DNA from: Minisyncoccia bacterium
Lineage (GTDB): Bacteria > Patescibacteriota > Minisyncoccia > Phycocordibacterales > PALSA-1337
Length of the DNA stretch: 64,000 bases
Reading direction: 5' to 3'
Assembly (NCBI GenBank): GCA_049997795.1
Contig: JBEKVT010000002.1
Span: 65,664 to 129,663, forward strand
The notes beneath the pieces were generated by a model. The model saw nothing but the letters and a program-made list of their open reading frames with translations. It ran no database searches and had not been told where the DNA came from. The position numbers and the translations under genes were made by a program. Every line of letters starts with the position of its first letter. The first letter of the stretch is position 1. Shown piece by piece: positions 53,614 through 63,022 of this stretch.

Positions 53614-54189
53614 ATGAAGCGGGCAGTCATCGTCCATTGTTGGAGCGGCACCCCGGGATACTGCTGGTATCCGTACGCAAGGAGAGAGCTGGAAGGGCGC
53701 GGCTTCGAAGTGGAAGTGCCCGCCATGCCGGACACGGACGCGCCGGATCTCGCCAAGTGGCTGCCGAAGCTCCGGGAAGCCGTCGGAACGCCCGATGAAG
53801 ACACGTATCTCGTGGGCCACAGCGTCGGTTGCATCACCATATTGCGCTATTTGGAGTCGCTGCCGGCCGGCCAAAGGGTCGGCGGCGCGGTCTTGGTCGC
53901 CGGTCCCGCTGACGACATCGGCTATGAAGAGATCGAAAGCTTTTTCAAGACGCCAGTCGATTTCAATAAAGCAAAGGCGAGCGTCAAGAACGGTTTCGTG
54001 GCCATACATTCCGATAATGATCCGTACGTCGGCCTCAAGCACGGCGAGACGCTCAAAAAAGAATTGGGCGCGGAATTGATCGTCAAGCACGACGCCAATC
54101 ACTTCGCCGGGATGGAAAACTACGGCGAGAAGGACTGCCTTGAATTACCGGACGTTGTCGATGCCGTAGTCAGGCTTTCGTCGAGATAA
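53614..54189 (+). CDS. Alpha/beta-hydrolase of the YdeN/RBBP9 serine-hydrolase family
   Basis: VIVHCWSGTP...LVGHSVGC (GxSxG nucleophile elbow)...IHSDNDPYV...H (catalytic triad pattern). Confidence 0.6.
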   Translation: MKRAVIVHCWSGTPGYCWYPYARRELEGRGFEVEVPAMPDTDAPDLAKWLPKLREAVGTPDEDTYLVGHSVGCITILRYLESLPAGQRVGGAVLVAGPADDIGYEEIESFFKTPVDFNKAKASVKNGFVAIHSDNDPYVGLKHGETLKKELGAELIVKHDANHFAGMENYGEKDCLELPDVVDAVVRLSSR

Positions 54190-54204
54190 CGATCATTCCC
54201 TACC

Positions 54205-54819
54205 ATGGATTCATTGCGGAAACTAGAAGAGATCTTCGCCCGCTTCCCCGGCATCGGGCCGCGGCAGGCCAGGCGCTTCGTCTATTACCTGTTGAATAAA
54301 TCGCCGGCATCCATAAAAGAGCTGGCGGACTTGATAGAAGAGGTCAAAAAGACCACGGCCGAATGCAGCAGATGCCACAGGTTCTTCGTCGGCACGGATT
54401 CGAAAATCGTCGCGTGCCCCATCTGTTTGGACCAAACGCGCGACGCTTCGTCGCTCATGGTGGTCGCTCGTGACTCGGATTTCGAATCCATCGAGAAGAG
54501 CGGCGCCTACAAGGGCCTTTATTTCATCCTCGGCGGCACGGTGCCGATCCTAGATAAAGAGGCCGAGAAGCGCGTCCGCCTGAAGCCCTTGCTCGAAAGG
54601 ATAGCCGGCAAGGCCTCCGGGATAAAAGAGGTCATCCTGTCCTTGAATGCCACGCCGGACGGCGAGAATACGGCGGAAATCGTCAAGGAGGCTATTTTAA
54701 AGACGGCCACCGGCAAGAGGATCAAGGTCACGATACTCGGCCGCGGTCTCTCGACTGGCGCCGAGCTCGAATACGCGGACACCGACACGATCAAAAGCGC
54801 CCTGAAGAATAGGCACTGA
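54205..54819 (+). CDS. recR: Recombination protein RecR
   Basis: RFPGIGPRQARRFVYYLL (HhH), a C4 zinc finger CSRC...CPIC and a Toprim domain. Confidence 0.9.
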   Translation: MDSLRKLEEIFARFPGIGPRQARRFVYYLLNKSPASIKELADLIEEVKKTTAECSRCHRFFVGTDSKIVACPICLDQTRDASSLMVVARDSDFESIEKSGAYKGLYFILGGTVPILDKEAEKRVRLKPLLERIAGKASGIKEVILSLNATPDGENTAEIVKEAILKTATGKRIKVTILGRGLSTGAELEYADTDTIKSALKNRH

Positions 54820-54931
54820 AACACATTCGTCTCTCGATACCCGGAAAAGCCCCTGCAGGGGCTTTTCCTTATCCTCGGAGATTTCTTGCTAGAAATCTCC
54901 TGCGGAGGTATTTCGAGACGAATGTGTTTCA
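54817..54931. repeat. Nested inverted-repeat element: perfect 17-bp terminal inverted repeats enclosing two strong hairpins (a bidirectional terminator) between convergent recR and rplU
   Basis: TIR TGAAACACATTCGTCTC (54817-54833) and GAGACGAATGTGTTTCA (54915-54931). Inner hairpin 1: AAAAGCCCCTG/CAGGGGCTTTT (54845-54866). Inner hairpin 2: GGAGATTTCT-tgct-AGAAATCTCC (54877-54900). Confidence 0.6.
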
Positions 54932-54935
54932 GTGC

Positions 54936-55256
54936 TTATTTGAGCGAGTTTATCTTGACCTTGAAGAAGGGCTGGCGATGGCCGTTCCGCTTCCAGCCCG
55001 AGCGGCTCTTCTGCTTGTACCGGACGACCAGGACCTTCGGGGCGCGGCCGATCTTCGCGATGGTGCCGGTCACTTTGGCTTTGGGAATGTAAGGGGTGCC
55101 GATGGTTGTGTCCTTGCCGTCGTCGACCAGAAGGACTTTGTCAAAGGCAACAGAATCGCCCTCTTTGTGGGCGCCGGCGAGCTTCTCGATGGTGATGGTG
55201 TCACCTTTCGAGACCGTGTACTGCTTGCCTCCCGTTTGGATGACGGCGAATTCCAT
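54936..55256 (-). CDS. rplU: Ribosomal protein L21
   Basis: MEFAVIQTGGKQYTVSKGDTITIEKL matches L21. Confidence 0.85.
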   Translation of the reverse strand: MEFAVIQTGGKQYTVSKGDTITIEKLAGAHKEGDSVAFDKVLLVDDGKDTTIGTPYIPKAKVTGTIAKIGRAPKVLVVRYKQKSRSGWKRNGHRQPFFKVKINSLK

Positions 55257-55315
55257 AGGCGGATACTATACAGGAATCCGCTAAGGAACGCAAACAGCAG
55301 CTTATAATATCGAGA

Positions 55316-56371
55316 TCACTCGGTGTCGGGCTTCTCCAGCGCCGGCACTTCGATCCCAGGCGCTTCTCCGGTGATGCGCAGGACATCCTTGTCAACCTTC
55401 TTGAGCTCCTTGCCGGAATTATTGTAATGGTTGATGACCGTCGATAGCGACATGCCAAGCTTGCTGTGATAATCGGCGTATTTATTCAGATGCGTGCCGA
55501 GCTCTCCTACCCGCTTGATGATGTCTTTGGCAGTCTCTTCGATCTGCATAGCCTTCAAGCCCTGAAGAACGGTCTGCAGATAAGCCAGGAATGAGGTCGG
55601 CGAAACGATGATGACCTTGTATTTGCCGGCGGCGCGCTGGATCAAGTTGTCGGTCTCCTCGGTAACTTCCCCGATCTTATTCACCAAGAGGTCGTAATAG
55701 ATGGCTTCGTGCGGGATGAACATGAAGGCGAAGTCCATGGTGCCTTCGGCCGGCCGGACGTATTTGGCGGTCTCCTGGATGCGGATCTTCAAGTCGCCGA
55801 CGAAGGCCTTCTCCAGTTTCTCGCGCTCCGCCGGATTGTGCTCCTCGGCCAGCTTGTTGTAATTCTCGAGCGAGAACTTCGAATCGACCGGGATTATCTT
55901 GTCTTTGACGAAGATGGCGGCGTCCACCACTTCCCCGTTCTTGAAAGCGTACTGCATCTGATACTGGCCCGGCGCCAGGACGTTCTTCAGGAGCGTCTCC
56001 AGATAGTACTCGCCGAGGACGCCGCGGTGCTTCGGGTTTTTCAAGATGTCTTGGAGATCCTGCAGCTGCGTGGTGAACGAAACCGTCTGCTTGCCTATCT
56101 CCTTGACCTGGGCCAATTCATTGGTGATATCCTTGATCAACCGTTGCGACTCGCTGAATTGCCGGTGCAAGGCCGCGGCCATCTCTTTGGTATTTTCCCC
56201 GAGCTTGGCGTCGACGGAGCGGCGCAAATCGCTGACCTGATCGGCCACGAGCTTCAGGCCGGCCCCGTCCTCCTGTTTGTCCGGCTTGCGGCGCGAAAGC
56301 ATCGTAGCCAGAACAATGTTGGCAATAACCGCCAAAACGATTAGAATGATGAGCACAGTCTCCATAACCAT
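55316..56371 (-). CDS. rmuC: DNA recombination protein RmuC
   Basis: N-terminal TM helix, long coiled-coil and the RmuC core (FAFMFIPHEAIYYDLL). The start is MVMETVL at 56371; the ORF track extends in-frame to 56929. Confidence 0.8.
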   Translation of the reverse strand: MVMETVLIILIVLAVIANIVLATMLSRRKPDKQEDGAGLKLVADQVSDLRRSVDAKLGENTKEMAAALHRQFSESQRLIKDITNELAQVKEIGKQTVSFTTQLQDLQDILKNPKHRGVLGEYYLETLLKNVLAPGQYQMQYAFKNGEVVDAAIFVKDKIIPVDSKFSLENYNKLAEEHNPAEREKLEKAFVGDLKIRIQETAKYVRPAEGTMDFAFMFIPHEAIYYDLLVNKIGEVTEETDNLIQRAAGKYKVIIVSPTSFLAYLQTVLQGLKAMQIEETAKDIIKRVGELGTHLNKYADYHSKLGMSLSTVINHYNNSGKELKKVDKDVLRITGEAPGIEVPALEKPDTE

Positions 56372-56389
56372 AAGTATATAGAAACTATC

Positions 56390-56860
56390 ATGATTCACCA
56401 AACCATAAAAGAGCAGATCAAGGATGCCCTGCGCGCTAAGGACACGATCCGCCTGGAGACGTTGCGTGGCTTGAACGCCCTTTGTCAGAACGAGCTCCTG
56501 TCTGCCAAGGTGCCGGCCGGCCAGGCATTCCTGCCTGATGAAGCGGTCCTCGCCCTCATAAAGCGCAGCGTCAAGCAGAGGAAGGATTCCATCGAGCAAT
56601 TCGGGAAGGGCGGCCGCGACGATCTGGTCGAGAAGGAGAAGGCCGAGCTCAAGATCCTGGAATCGTATCTGCCGCAGATGATGACCCGGGCCGAGATCGC
56701 GGTCGTAGCCAAGGCGCGCGTCGAAAAGCTCAAATCGGAAGGCACCTTCGACCCCAAGGCCGGCGGCAAGATGACGGGCATGATCATGAAGGAACTCGCC
56801 GGCAGGGCCGACGGCGCCGACGTGAAGGCGGTAGTAGACGAGCTCATGGAAGCCAAATAA
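56390..56860 (+). CDS. yqeY: GatB/YqeY-domain protein
   Basis: IKEQIKDALRAKDTIRLETLRGL...IKRSVKQRKDS matches the YqeY family. Confidence 0.8.
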   Translation: MIHQTIKEQIKDALRAKDTIRLETLRGLNALCQNELLSAKVPAGQAFLPDEAVLALIKRSVKQRKDSIEQFGKGGRDDLVEKEKAELKILESYLPQMMTRAEIAVVAKARVEKLKSEGTFDPKAGGKMTGMIMKELAGRADGADVKAVVDELMEAK

Positions 56861-56891
56861 AAACAGGCACCTCGGTGGAGACGCCTGTCCG

Positions 56892-57404
56892 TCAGTGGAG
56901 TTTGCCACTGGCTCTGCGTTTGACGGCAAGATCCCTGAACCATTCCCTTCCCCCGAGTTTATCGATGATAGGAAACAGAAGGGTCAGGAAGATGTCAGTA
57001 AGCGCATTTGTTGGTATCGGCATCCCCCACGTCGTGATGTGAGTCGCTTTCAAACCCCTGGCAAGCCTTTGGACCCTCCAGTGATGGAGAAAGCTTGAGA
57101 TCAGGATCAATTCGACACCAGGTATTTTTTCGGCCAATGCTCCGGCCGCTTTCCTGATGAAATCGATTTGTCCCATGGTCTCTTTCCCTTTCCTGATTAC
57201 CTTGAGGTTCTGACAGCCGAGCTCCTTGAGAGTCTCGGCATATGTGTCTGCCTCATGGCGCCCTCCTTTGATTTGTACGTCGGAGAGCACCAGGACCATC
57301 GAGTCTTTACTCGCCTTCGCGAGCTCGACGGCTCTTACCAGTCCCCGATACCAATCCTGCCATTTCCTTGGCCCGATCCGGAATCCGTAGGGCCATTTTG
57401 TCAA
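56892..57404 (-). CDS. Hypothetical protein, possibly DUF218/YdcF-like
   Basis: 170-aa ORF. VLVLSDVQIKGGRHEADTYAETLKELGCQNLKVIRKGKETMGQIDFI weakly resembles the DUF218 core. Low confidence. Confidence 0.3.
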   Translation of the reverse strand: MTKWPYGFRIGPRKWQDWYRGLVRAVELAKASKDSMVLVLSDVQIKGGRHEADTYAETLKELGCQNLKVIRKGKETMGQIDFIRKAAGALAEKIPGVELILISSFLHHWRVQRLARGLKATHITTWGMPIPTNALTDIFLTLLFPIIDKLGGREWFRDLAVKRRASGKLH

Positions 57405-57496
57405 TGGAACTATGAGTTTTATGGGTATTCACCCCCTTTCGGCTGACAGGATAACATAATAAATGGCTTCTGTCAATAAGTGTATAATAATATGGC

Positions 57497-58135
57497 ATGG
57501 GGCCGCTCAAAAAAGAACCGCTCATCCTAGTCCTCACGGCGTTGGCCGTCTTTTCGATCGGCTGGCTCATTTGGAATACCTACCGCCCGACGGCCATCGT
57601 GAATCTCGACTCCAAGGGCACGGCCATCGTGGCCTTCGGGGACAGCCTGATCCAAGGCGTCGGCGCCTCGGAGGGGCATGACTTCGTTTCCCTGCTTGCG
57701 GCGCGCCTGGGTCAATCCATAGTCAATCTCGGCAAAAGCGGCGACACCGCGGCCGACGGCTTGGCGCGGCTCGACGACGTCTTCCGATACGATCCGCGGA
57801 TCGTCATCGTCCTTCTGGGCGGCAACGACCTCCTGCACGGGGTGCCGATAGACAAGACCTTCGCCGATCTGGACAAGATCGTGACGACCATTGAATCCCG
57901 CGGCGCCGCGGTGCTCCTTCTCGGCGTGCGCGGCGGCCTCCTGTACGACAGCTACGACAGCCGGTTCGAGGCTCTCGCCAAGGCGCGCGGGACCGGCTTC
58001 GTGCCGAACGTCCTCGCGGGCCTCATCGGGGACCAGGAATACATGTCGGACGAGGTCCACCCCAACGACGCCGGCTACGCGAAGATCGCCGACAAGGTGG
58101 AACCGGTGTTAAAAGAGATGCTCGCCGGACGGTGA
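57497..58135 (+). CDS. SGNH/GDSL-family hydrolase (lipase/acylhydrolase-like) with an N-terminal TM anchor
   Basis: Block I IVAFGDSLIQG, block III LLGGNDL and block V DEVHPNDAGY. Confidence 0.8.
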   Translation: MGPLKKEPLILVLTALAVFSIGWLIWNTYRPTAIVNLDSKGTAIVAFGDSLIQGVGASEGHDFVSLLAARLGQSIVNLGKSGDTAADGLARLDDVFRYDPRIVIVLLGGNDLLHGVPIDKTFADLDKIVTTIESRGAAVLLLGVRGGLLYDSYDSRFEALAKARGTGFVPNVLAGLIGDQEYMSDEVHPNDAGYAKIADKVEPVLKEMLAGR

Positions 58136-58241
58136 GGGACGGATTGACATAAGATCAACTACTGCTACTATTCCATTGGAAGGCCGTGGCGAAGAGTCCG
58201 GCAAAACCAAACAAAATCGAATATAGCTAAGGAGCGCCCAC

Positions 58242-58490
58242 ATGCTACTGCTAGCAATCTTGCTGCCATTCGTATACTTCTTTGTCAGAGGACGGATCCT
58301 GGCAGGGATCGTGACGGTTATCGTTCTCCTCATGTCCTTGGGATTCCTGTGGCCGGTCTTCTCGATCTGGGCGATTATCGACTGGAGCGCACAGCGCAGG
58401 GACAAGGCCTTGCACAAGCACGCCGAAGACATCGGCCGCCAAGTCGCCGCCAATATGGCCTCCGGCAAACAGACGCCGCCAATGCTCTGA
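58242..58490 (+). CDS. Small membrane protein, possibly of the YqaE/Pmp3 (UPF0057) proteolipid family
   Basis: AAGGAG Shine-Dalgarno 8 nt upstream. LLLAILLPFVYFFVRGRILAGIVTVIVLLMSLGFLWPVFSIWAII is a two-helix hairpin resembling UPF0057. Confidence 0.45.
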   Translation: MLLLAILLPFVYFFVRGRILAGIVTVIVLLMSLGFLWPVFSIWAIIDWSAQRRDKALHKHAEDIGRQVAANMASGKQTPPML

Positions 58491-58595
58491 GGATCCGCAG
58501 GATCCGCCGGCGGTCATCCCCCAAATGCCCTCTCGGATCGTCTTAAGAAGATGATCCACGAGGGCTTTTATTTTGTGCGGAGGAGGGATAGAAAA

Positions 58596-58620
58596 AGGGC
58601 CCGTCTGTGACGACGGGGCC
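58596..58620 (-). terminator. Intrinsic terminator of the 58628-58891 gene
   Basis: GGGCCCGTC tgtgac GACGGGGCCC, followed on the minus strand by a T-run (AAAAA on the plus strand at 58591-58595). Confidence 0.6.
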
Positions 58621-58627
58621 CTGAAGG

Positions 58628-58891
58628 TCAACCTCTGTGGCTATTCACCACCTCGTTGATGTGCTTGTTCAGCAGCCTCTCCCGGCGGATCGCGAAGTAG
58701 ATCGCAAGCGAGACACAGACTGCCCAGATGGGAAGAAATTCCATCTTCCAGAATTCATCCTGGTGGGACTTGAGCCAGTCGCTCGCAACGATGAGAGTGA
58801 TGGCGAGAGCGAGGAATGACAGCGCGGCGGGGACGATGGAGAAAAAAACGGAAAGCCGTCCCAGCTTGTCCAACTCTTTGTCGATGTTCAT
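58628..58891 (-). CDS. Small hypothetical membrane protein (87 aa)
   Basis: AAGGGG Shine-Dalgarno upstream on the minus strand. Two TM helices. Confidence 0.45.
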   Translation of the reverse strand: MNIDKELDKLGRLSVFFSIVPAALSFLALAITLIVASDWLKSHQDEFWKMEFLPIWAVCVSLAIYFAIRRERLLNKHINEVVNSHRG

Positions 58892-59018
58892 GATAAACCC
58901 CTTCTAAATGATTTCTGTCTCTTCTTTCGCGGCCGGAGGTGGCGCTTCAGATTCGACAGGATAGCTTCTTATCTTCTTACATTATACTACTTTAGTGGTT
59001 ATTTGTCAATAGCCCAAC

Positions 59019-60623
59019 CTATACCTTCCCGAACGGTTCGATCTCGACGATGAAGGTGGCGCCCTTCCCTTCCCCGGCCGACTCGGCGCGGATCGTGCCG
59101 TGGTGGGCCTCCACCAGCTGTTTGGCCACGAAAAGGCCGAGGCCGGTGCCTTTGATGTTGACCTTCGAGGCGTTCTCGGCCCGGGAGAATTTCTGGAAGA
59201 GGTGCGGCAGGACTTTCGGGTCGATGCCGACGCCGGTGTCCTTGACGGCGAAGACGAAGAGGTGCCGCGGCCGGTCGAAGGCGAGAGTCACGGCGACCGA
59301 GCCGGACGGCGTGTATTTCATGGAATTGTCGATCAGGTTGGCGATGACCTGTTTGAATTTATCGCGGTCGGCGGTGATGCGGTAATCGATGTTGCTGTCC
59401 TCGGCGGTGAAGGAGAACTTGAGGCCGGCCTTCTCGATGTTCGGCTGGAGCTCGGCGATGACGTCTTCGATCAAGGTCTTCAGGTCAATGGTCTCGAAGT
59501 TGTACTTCATGGTGCCGAGTTCGATCCTGGAGACGTTCAGATAGTCATCGACGATGCTGACCAGGGTGTTGGTCGAATCGAAGATGTGCCGGATGCCGTC
59601 AAGGGCTTGCCGGCCGAGCTCCCCCATGTCGCCCTCAAGAAGGAGCGAGGCGTAGCCTTTCATGGCCGAGAGAGGGGCCCGCAGCTGATGCGTGGCGAAG
59701 GATATGAACTCCGACTTCTGCCGGTCCAGCTCCGTCAGCCGCTCGTTCGCCTTCTCCAGGTCATCCGCCAGCTTTTGGATGCGCTCGCGTTGAAGAACTT
59801 CTTTAATAACACTTCGAATTAAGAAAACACCCGTAATTATGACTAAAACAAAAAGAATCCCGTTTATAATAATATCTTCGAATGAAATCGAAAGCAGTGT
59901 CCTGACAAAGATAAAAATGGAAAGTGCAAAGACCAACAATTCGGTTGCGATAACCTTTATGTTCAAAAAGTGTAGTTTCAATATTGCATAAGCCGTGAAG
60001 CCGACAAATAAAATCAAGCTTGGCGCATCAAGGAGGGTAAAGTCAAAAACATTAAAATATACAGGCAATATAACGCTGAATGATAGAGCTGCAAGGCTAT
60101 AAGATGAAACCCCAAGAAGGATGAACCTTAATTGTAATTTTGATATTCCTGTAGCCTTCTTTTGGGCTTGATATATAAGATAAATAAACGAACAGATGTA
60201 AAGCAGAAAATACAGCGCGTATATTGTGAAGAATGGCCCTAAATGACCTTGATAACCTAGCACGGTCAGACGATCAATTCCACTGACAACATATCCGTCT
60301 AAATAACAAATAGCGAAGAGGAAAATGCTGGGTATAAAAATGCCTATTTTTTGCCACAGTGGAATTCTTTTTAAATCAATGTTACATATTTCAAGAATCC
60401 AGATTAGGCCGGTTAGTGGTACAAGTGTCGTAAACGCATAACTGCTTCGTAGAATAATCAGGGTTGGGTAGAATCTGAACAAATAATCAAATATGATGGA
60501 AATGACTGTGCTAAGACTAAATACAGCAAAACCATAATTTAATCTTTCATTCGGTTTTCGTAACCAGACTATCAACCCAAGAAAAAGGTTGAGTATCCCG
60601 GATAATAAGATAATGACAGACAT
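59019..60623 (-). CDS. Sensor histidine kinase with an N-terminal polytopic (7TM-receptor-type, HisKA_7TM-like) sensor domain. The sensor part is AT-rich and the kinase core GC-rich.
   Basis: About 8 TM helices over the first ~270 aa, then a coiled-coil linker (QRERIQKLADDLEKANERL), an H-box FATHQLRAPLSAMKGY, an N-box LIDNSMKYT, G1 VKDTGVGID and G2 GTGLGLFVAKQLV. The nucleotide composition switches near 59800. Confidence 0.85.
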   Translation of the reverse strand: MSVIILLSGILNLFLGLIVWLRKPNERLNYGFAVFSLSTVISIIFDYLFRFYPTLIILRSSYAFTTLVPLTGLIWILEICNIDLKRIPLWQKIGIFIPSIFLFAICYLDGYVVSGIDRLTVLGYQGHLGPFFTIYALYFLLYICSFIYLIYQAQKKATGISKLQLRFILLGVSSYSLAALSFSVILPVYFNVFDFTLLDAPSLILFVGFTAYAILKLHFLNIKVIATELLVFALSIFIFVRTLLSISFEDIIINGILFVLVIITGVFLIRSVIKEVLQRERIQKLADDLEKANERLTELDRQKSEFISFATHQLRAPLSAMKGYASLLLEGDMGELGRQALDGIRHIFDSTNTLVSIVDDYLNVSRIELGTMKYNFETIDLKTLIEDVIAELQPNIEKAGLKFSFTAEDSNIDYRITADRDKFKQVIANLIDNSMKYTPSGSVAVTLAFDRPRHLFVFAVKDTGVGIDPKVLPHLFQKFSRAENASKVNIKGTGLGLFVAKQLVEAHHGTIRAESAGEGKGATFIVEIEPFGKV

Positions 60624-60626
60624 GAT

Positions 60627-61697
60627 TTATACAGATATAAATTTATTAACAAAATTCCTTCCTAGTATATTCCCCATAATATCCCCAGACGTCTCTCCGT
60701 TATTGCATTTCTTCGCGGCCAGATATACACATCCTATGTTGTAAGCAATTCTATTGTACAGGGCATCCGATCCAAAGATAAGTTTTGAGCTTGGTATTAT
60801 ATTAAGAGTTCTTGAAATGACTGACGTGGACACGCCTGAGGTATCGAAAAACAGATTGCTGTATTTATCACTCAGTTTCTTTATCAAACGATAATCAATG
60901 TTAACCATACCGTAATGACCTATGTGGGCAATAATGACCTTTATGTCATAAGCGCTCAGAAGTTCACTGGCTCCATCTTTATCACAGAAATTTTCTAGTA
61001 AACCATTTGTCCTACTTCGTTCGATATAACCGTATTTCCTGTTTATCTTAAGGGTATAATTTGAAATGCCGCCGTGGAACAAAACATAAAGTTTGTATTT
61101 GGCGGCAGTCTCGTATATCTTGCGGAGTTTTTTTGCAATCTCATCGCCGTTTTTATATGGTTCTGGTTTGAAATTCTGAAGATTGGGGTGAAATTTAAGT
61201 CCAACAATATGGTAATTATCTACATACGACTTTATGGTGGATTCGATTTCTGAAAGATTGATGTTGTGGATGTCGACGGAACCAAGAAGCATAAATCTAG
61301 TATCCTGAGAATATTTTTTACCGACGTTTTCTGTCGGCGCCCATGGGTCGAGAGACAAAAGAATGCTTTTATCGGCTAGTGATGCTTCCATTTCTTCAAG
61401 GATTCGATCAGCATTAGTTTTTTTGTAAGTATGCTCAATCATAGAGAACACACTCCTAGGAAAAAGTTTAAAGTACAATCGTGATCCTATCTTTTCAAGT
61501 TTACTGTAATTAAATTTTTCTAAAATTCCTGGGCTCAAATAATCTTCGTGGCAGCATTCATCGACAATTTCTTCATAATGGACAACGCCCATAACGTCAA
61601 TCGGGTGAATGTGAGTGTCAATGATCCGAAAACTTAAATCATTTTTTAGTTTTCGTACATCTTTTAGGACCTCTATAATTTGTCTTTTGTACATCAA
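60627..61697 (-). CDS. Metal-dependent amidohydrolase-2-family (TIM-barrel) hydrolase
   Basis: IIDTHIHP (HxH metal ligands), FHGG, AHIGH and FGSDA. It lies 3 nt from the sensor-kinase gene and overlaps the upstream gene by 4 nt. Confidence 0.65.
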   Translation of the reverse strand: MMYKRQIIEVLKDVRKLKNDLSFRIIDTHIHPIDVMGVVHYEEIVDECCHEDYLSPGILEKFNYSKLEKIGSRLYFKLFPRSVFSMIEHTYKKTNADRILEEMEASLADKSILLSLDPWAPTENVGKKYSQDTRFMLLGSVDIHNINLSEIESTIKSYVDNYHIVGLKFHPNLQNFKPEPYKNGDEIAKKLRKIYETAAKYKLYVLFHGGISNYTLKINRKYGYIERSRTNGLLENFCDKDGASELLSAYDIKVIIAHIGHYGMVNIDYRLIKKLSDKYSNLFFDTSGVSTSVISRTLNIIPSSKLIFGSDALYNRIAYNIGCVYLAAKKCNNGETSGDIMGNILGRNFVNKFISV

Positions 61698-62908
61698 AAT
61701 CCTATTTCGCTTTTAATTTCTTTTAGATTTTCAATCAGGACGTTAATCTGTTCCTTTGTGTGTGCGGTTGACACGGTCGTGCGCAGGCGAGCCTTGCCTT
61801 TCGGTACGGCCGGCCAACGAGCTGCAGGAATGAAGATGCCGCGCTCCAGGAGCTTGACGCTGGCATCCATAGCCTTTTTCTCATTTCCTATAAAAATGGG
61901 TATTATCTGCGTTCTAGAATTGAGGAAATTGATTCCGATATTCGCTAATTGGTCTTTCATATATAGCGCATTGGCAAGTACTTTCTCTCTCCTCCAGGTC
62001 TCCTCGGTTGCGATCTCGATCGACTTAATCAGACCACAGACCACCGGGGGCGCGATCGGCGCCGTGAAGATGAATGAGTCAGAAGTTATTTTGAGATAAT
62101 CGACCAAATCTTTTGAACCAACCACGAAACCACCGACCCCGCCAAAACATTTGGTGAATGTCCCCATAATCACATCGACTTGCCCTTCAACGTTGTAGTA
62201 GTCTTCGACTCCTCGGCCGTGCGGGCCAAGGATGCCAGTGCCGTGAGCATCATCGAGATAAACGATCGCTTTGTATTGTCTCGCTTGTTCAAGTATCTGG
62301 GGTAGCGGAGCGATGTCGCCATCCATACTAAAAACTCCGTCCGTCACAATCATCTTTCTTTGGGATACGGGATAATTCTTCAGTTTTTCCAGTAAGTCAT
62401 TAATGTCCAAATGCTTGTAGATCTCTTTCTTCGCACCGCTCAATCGTATACCGGCGATGGCACTCGCGTGATTGTACTCATCGCTGAAGATAATTGTGTC
62501 TTTATCTTTCGCGATTTTTTCGCTGAAGAGCGACGCCAGAGAAAATTTCGGGACATTGACTAATGCCGGGATGGTGCCGGAGTTTGCCATGTATCCAGAG
62601 ACGAACGACACTGCCGCTTCCCTGTGTTTGAACGCAGCGATTTTTTCTTCCAACTGATTATGAATCTCAAGATTGCCGGTCAGGAGACGGGCGCTGCCAT
62701 TACCGATACCCCATTTCCTTGCTCCTTGAACAGCCGCCTCGATAACACGTGGATCTGTCATCAAATCCAAATAATTATTAGTCGCGAACATTAAGACCTT
62801 TTTTCCGTTGACTACAACTTCTGGAGCATGCGGCGAAGATACTACGGGCGGGTACGGGTAAAAACCATGTTTCTTAATGAAATTTACCGCTTGAGAAAGA
62901 CTTTTCAT
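61694..62908 (-). CDS. PLP-dependent alpha-oxoamine synthase family enzyme (BioF / Kbl / serine palmitoyltransferase / CqsA-type)
   Basis: Fold-type I PLP enzyme. DDAHGTGILGPHGRG and GTFTKCFGGVGGFVVG (PLP lysine in TFTK). The length of about 404 aa is typical for this family. Confidence 0.8.
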   Translation of the reverse strand: MKSLSQAVNFIKKHGFYPYPPVVSSPHAPEVVVNGKKVLMFATNNYLDLMTDPRVIEAAVQGARKWGIGNGSARLLTGNLEIHNQLEEKIAAFKHREAAVSFVSGYMANSGTIPALVNVPKFSLASLFSEKIAKDKDTIIFSDEYNHASAIAGIRLSGAKKEIYKHLDINDLLEKLKNYPVSQRKMIVTDGVFSMDGDIAPLPQILEQARQYKAIVYLDDAHGTGILGPHGRGVEDYYNVEGQVDVIMGTFTKCFGGVGGFVVGSKDLVDYLKITSDSFIFTAPIAPPVVCGLIKSIEIATEETWRREKVLANALYMKDQLANIGINFLNSRTQIIPIFIGNEKKAMDASVKLLERGIFIPAARWPAVPKGKARLRTTVSTAHTKEQINVLIENLKEIKSEIGF

Positions 62909-63022
62909 GACTTCATTTTAACATTATCTGGTAATTTTTGCGTGTTGGATATGTGGGTAGAAATCTTATAGATGACGCGCGTAACAGATTTCTGAATTAC
63001 CTTGGTACCTTATCTTGATATA

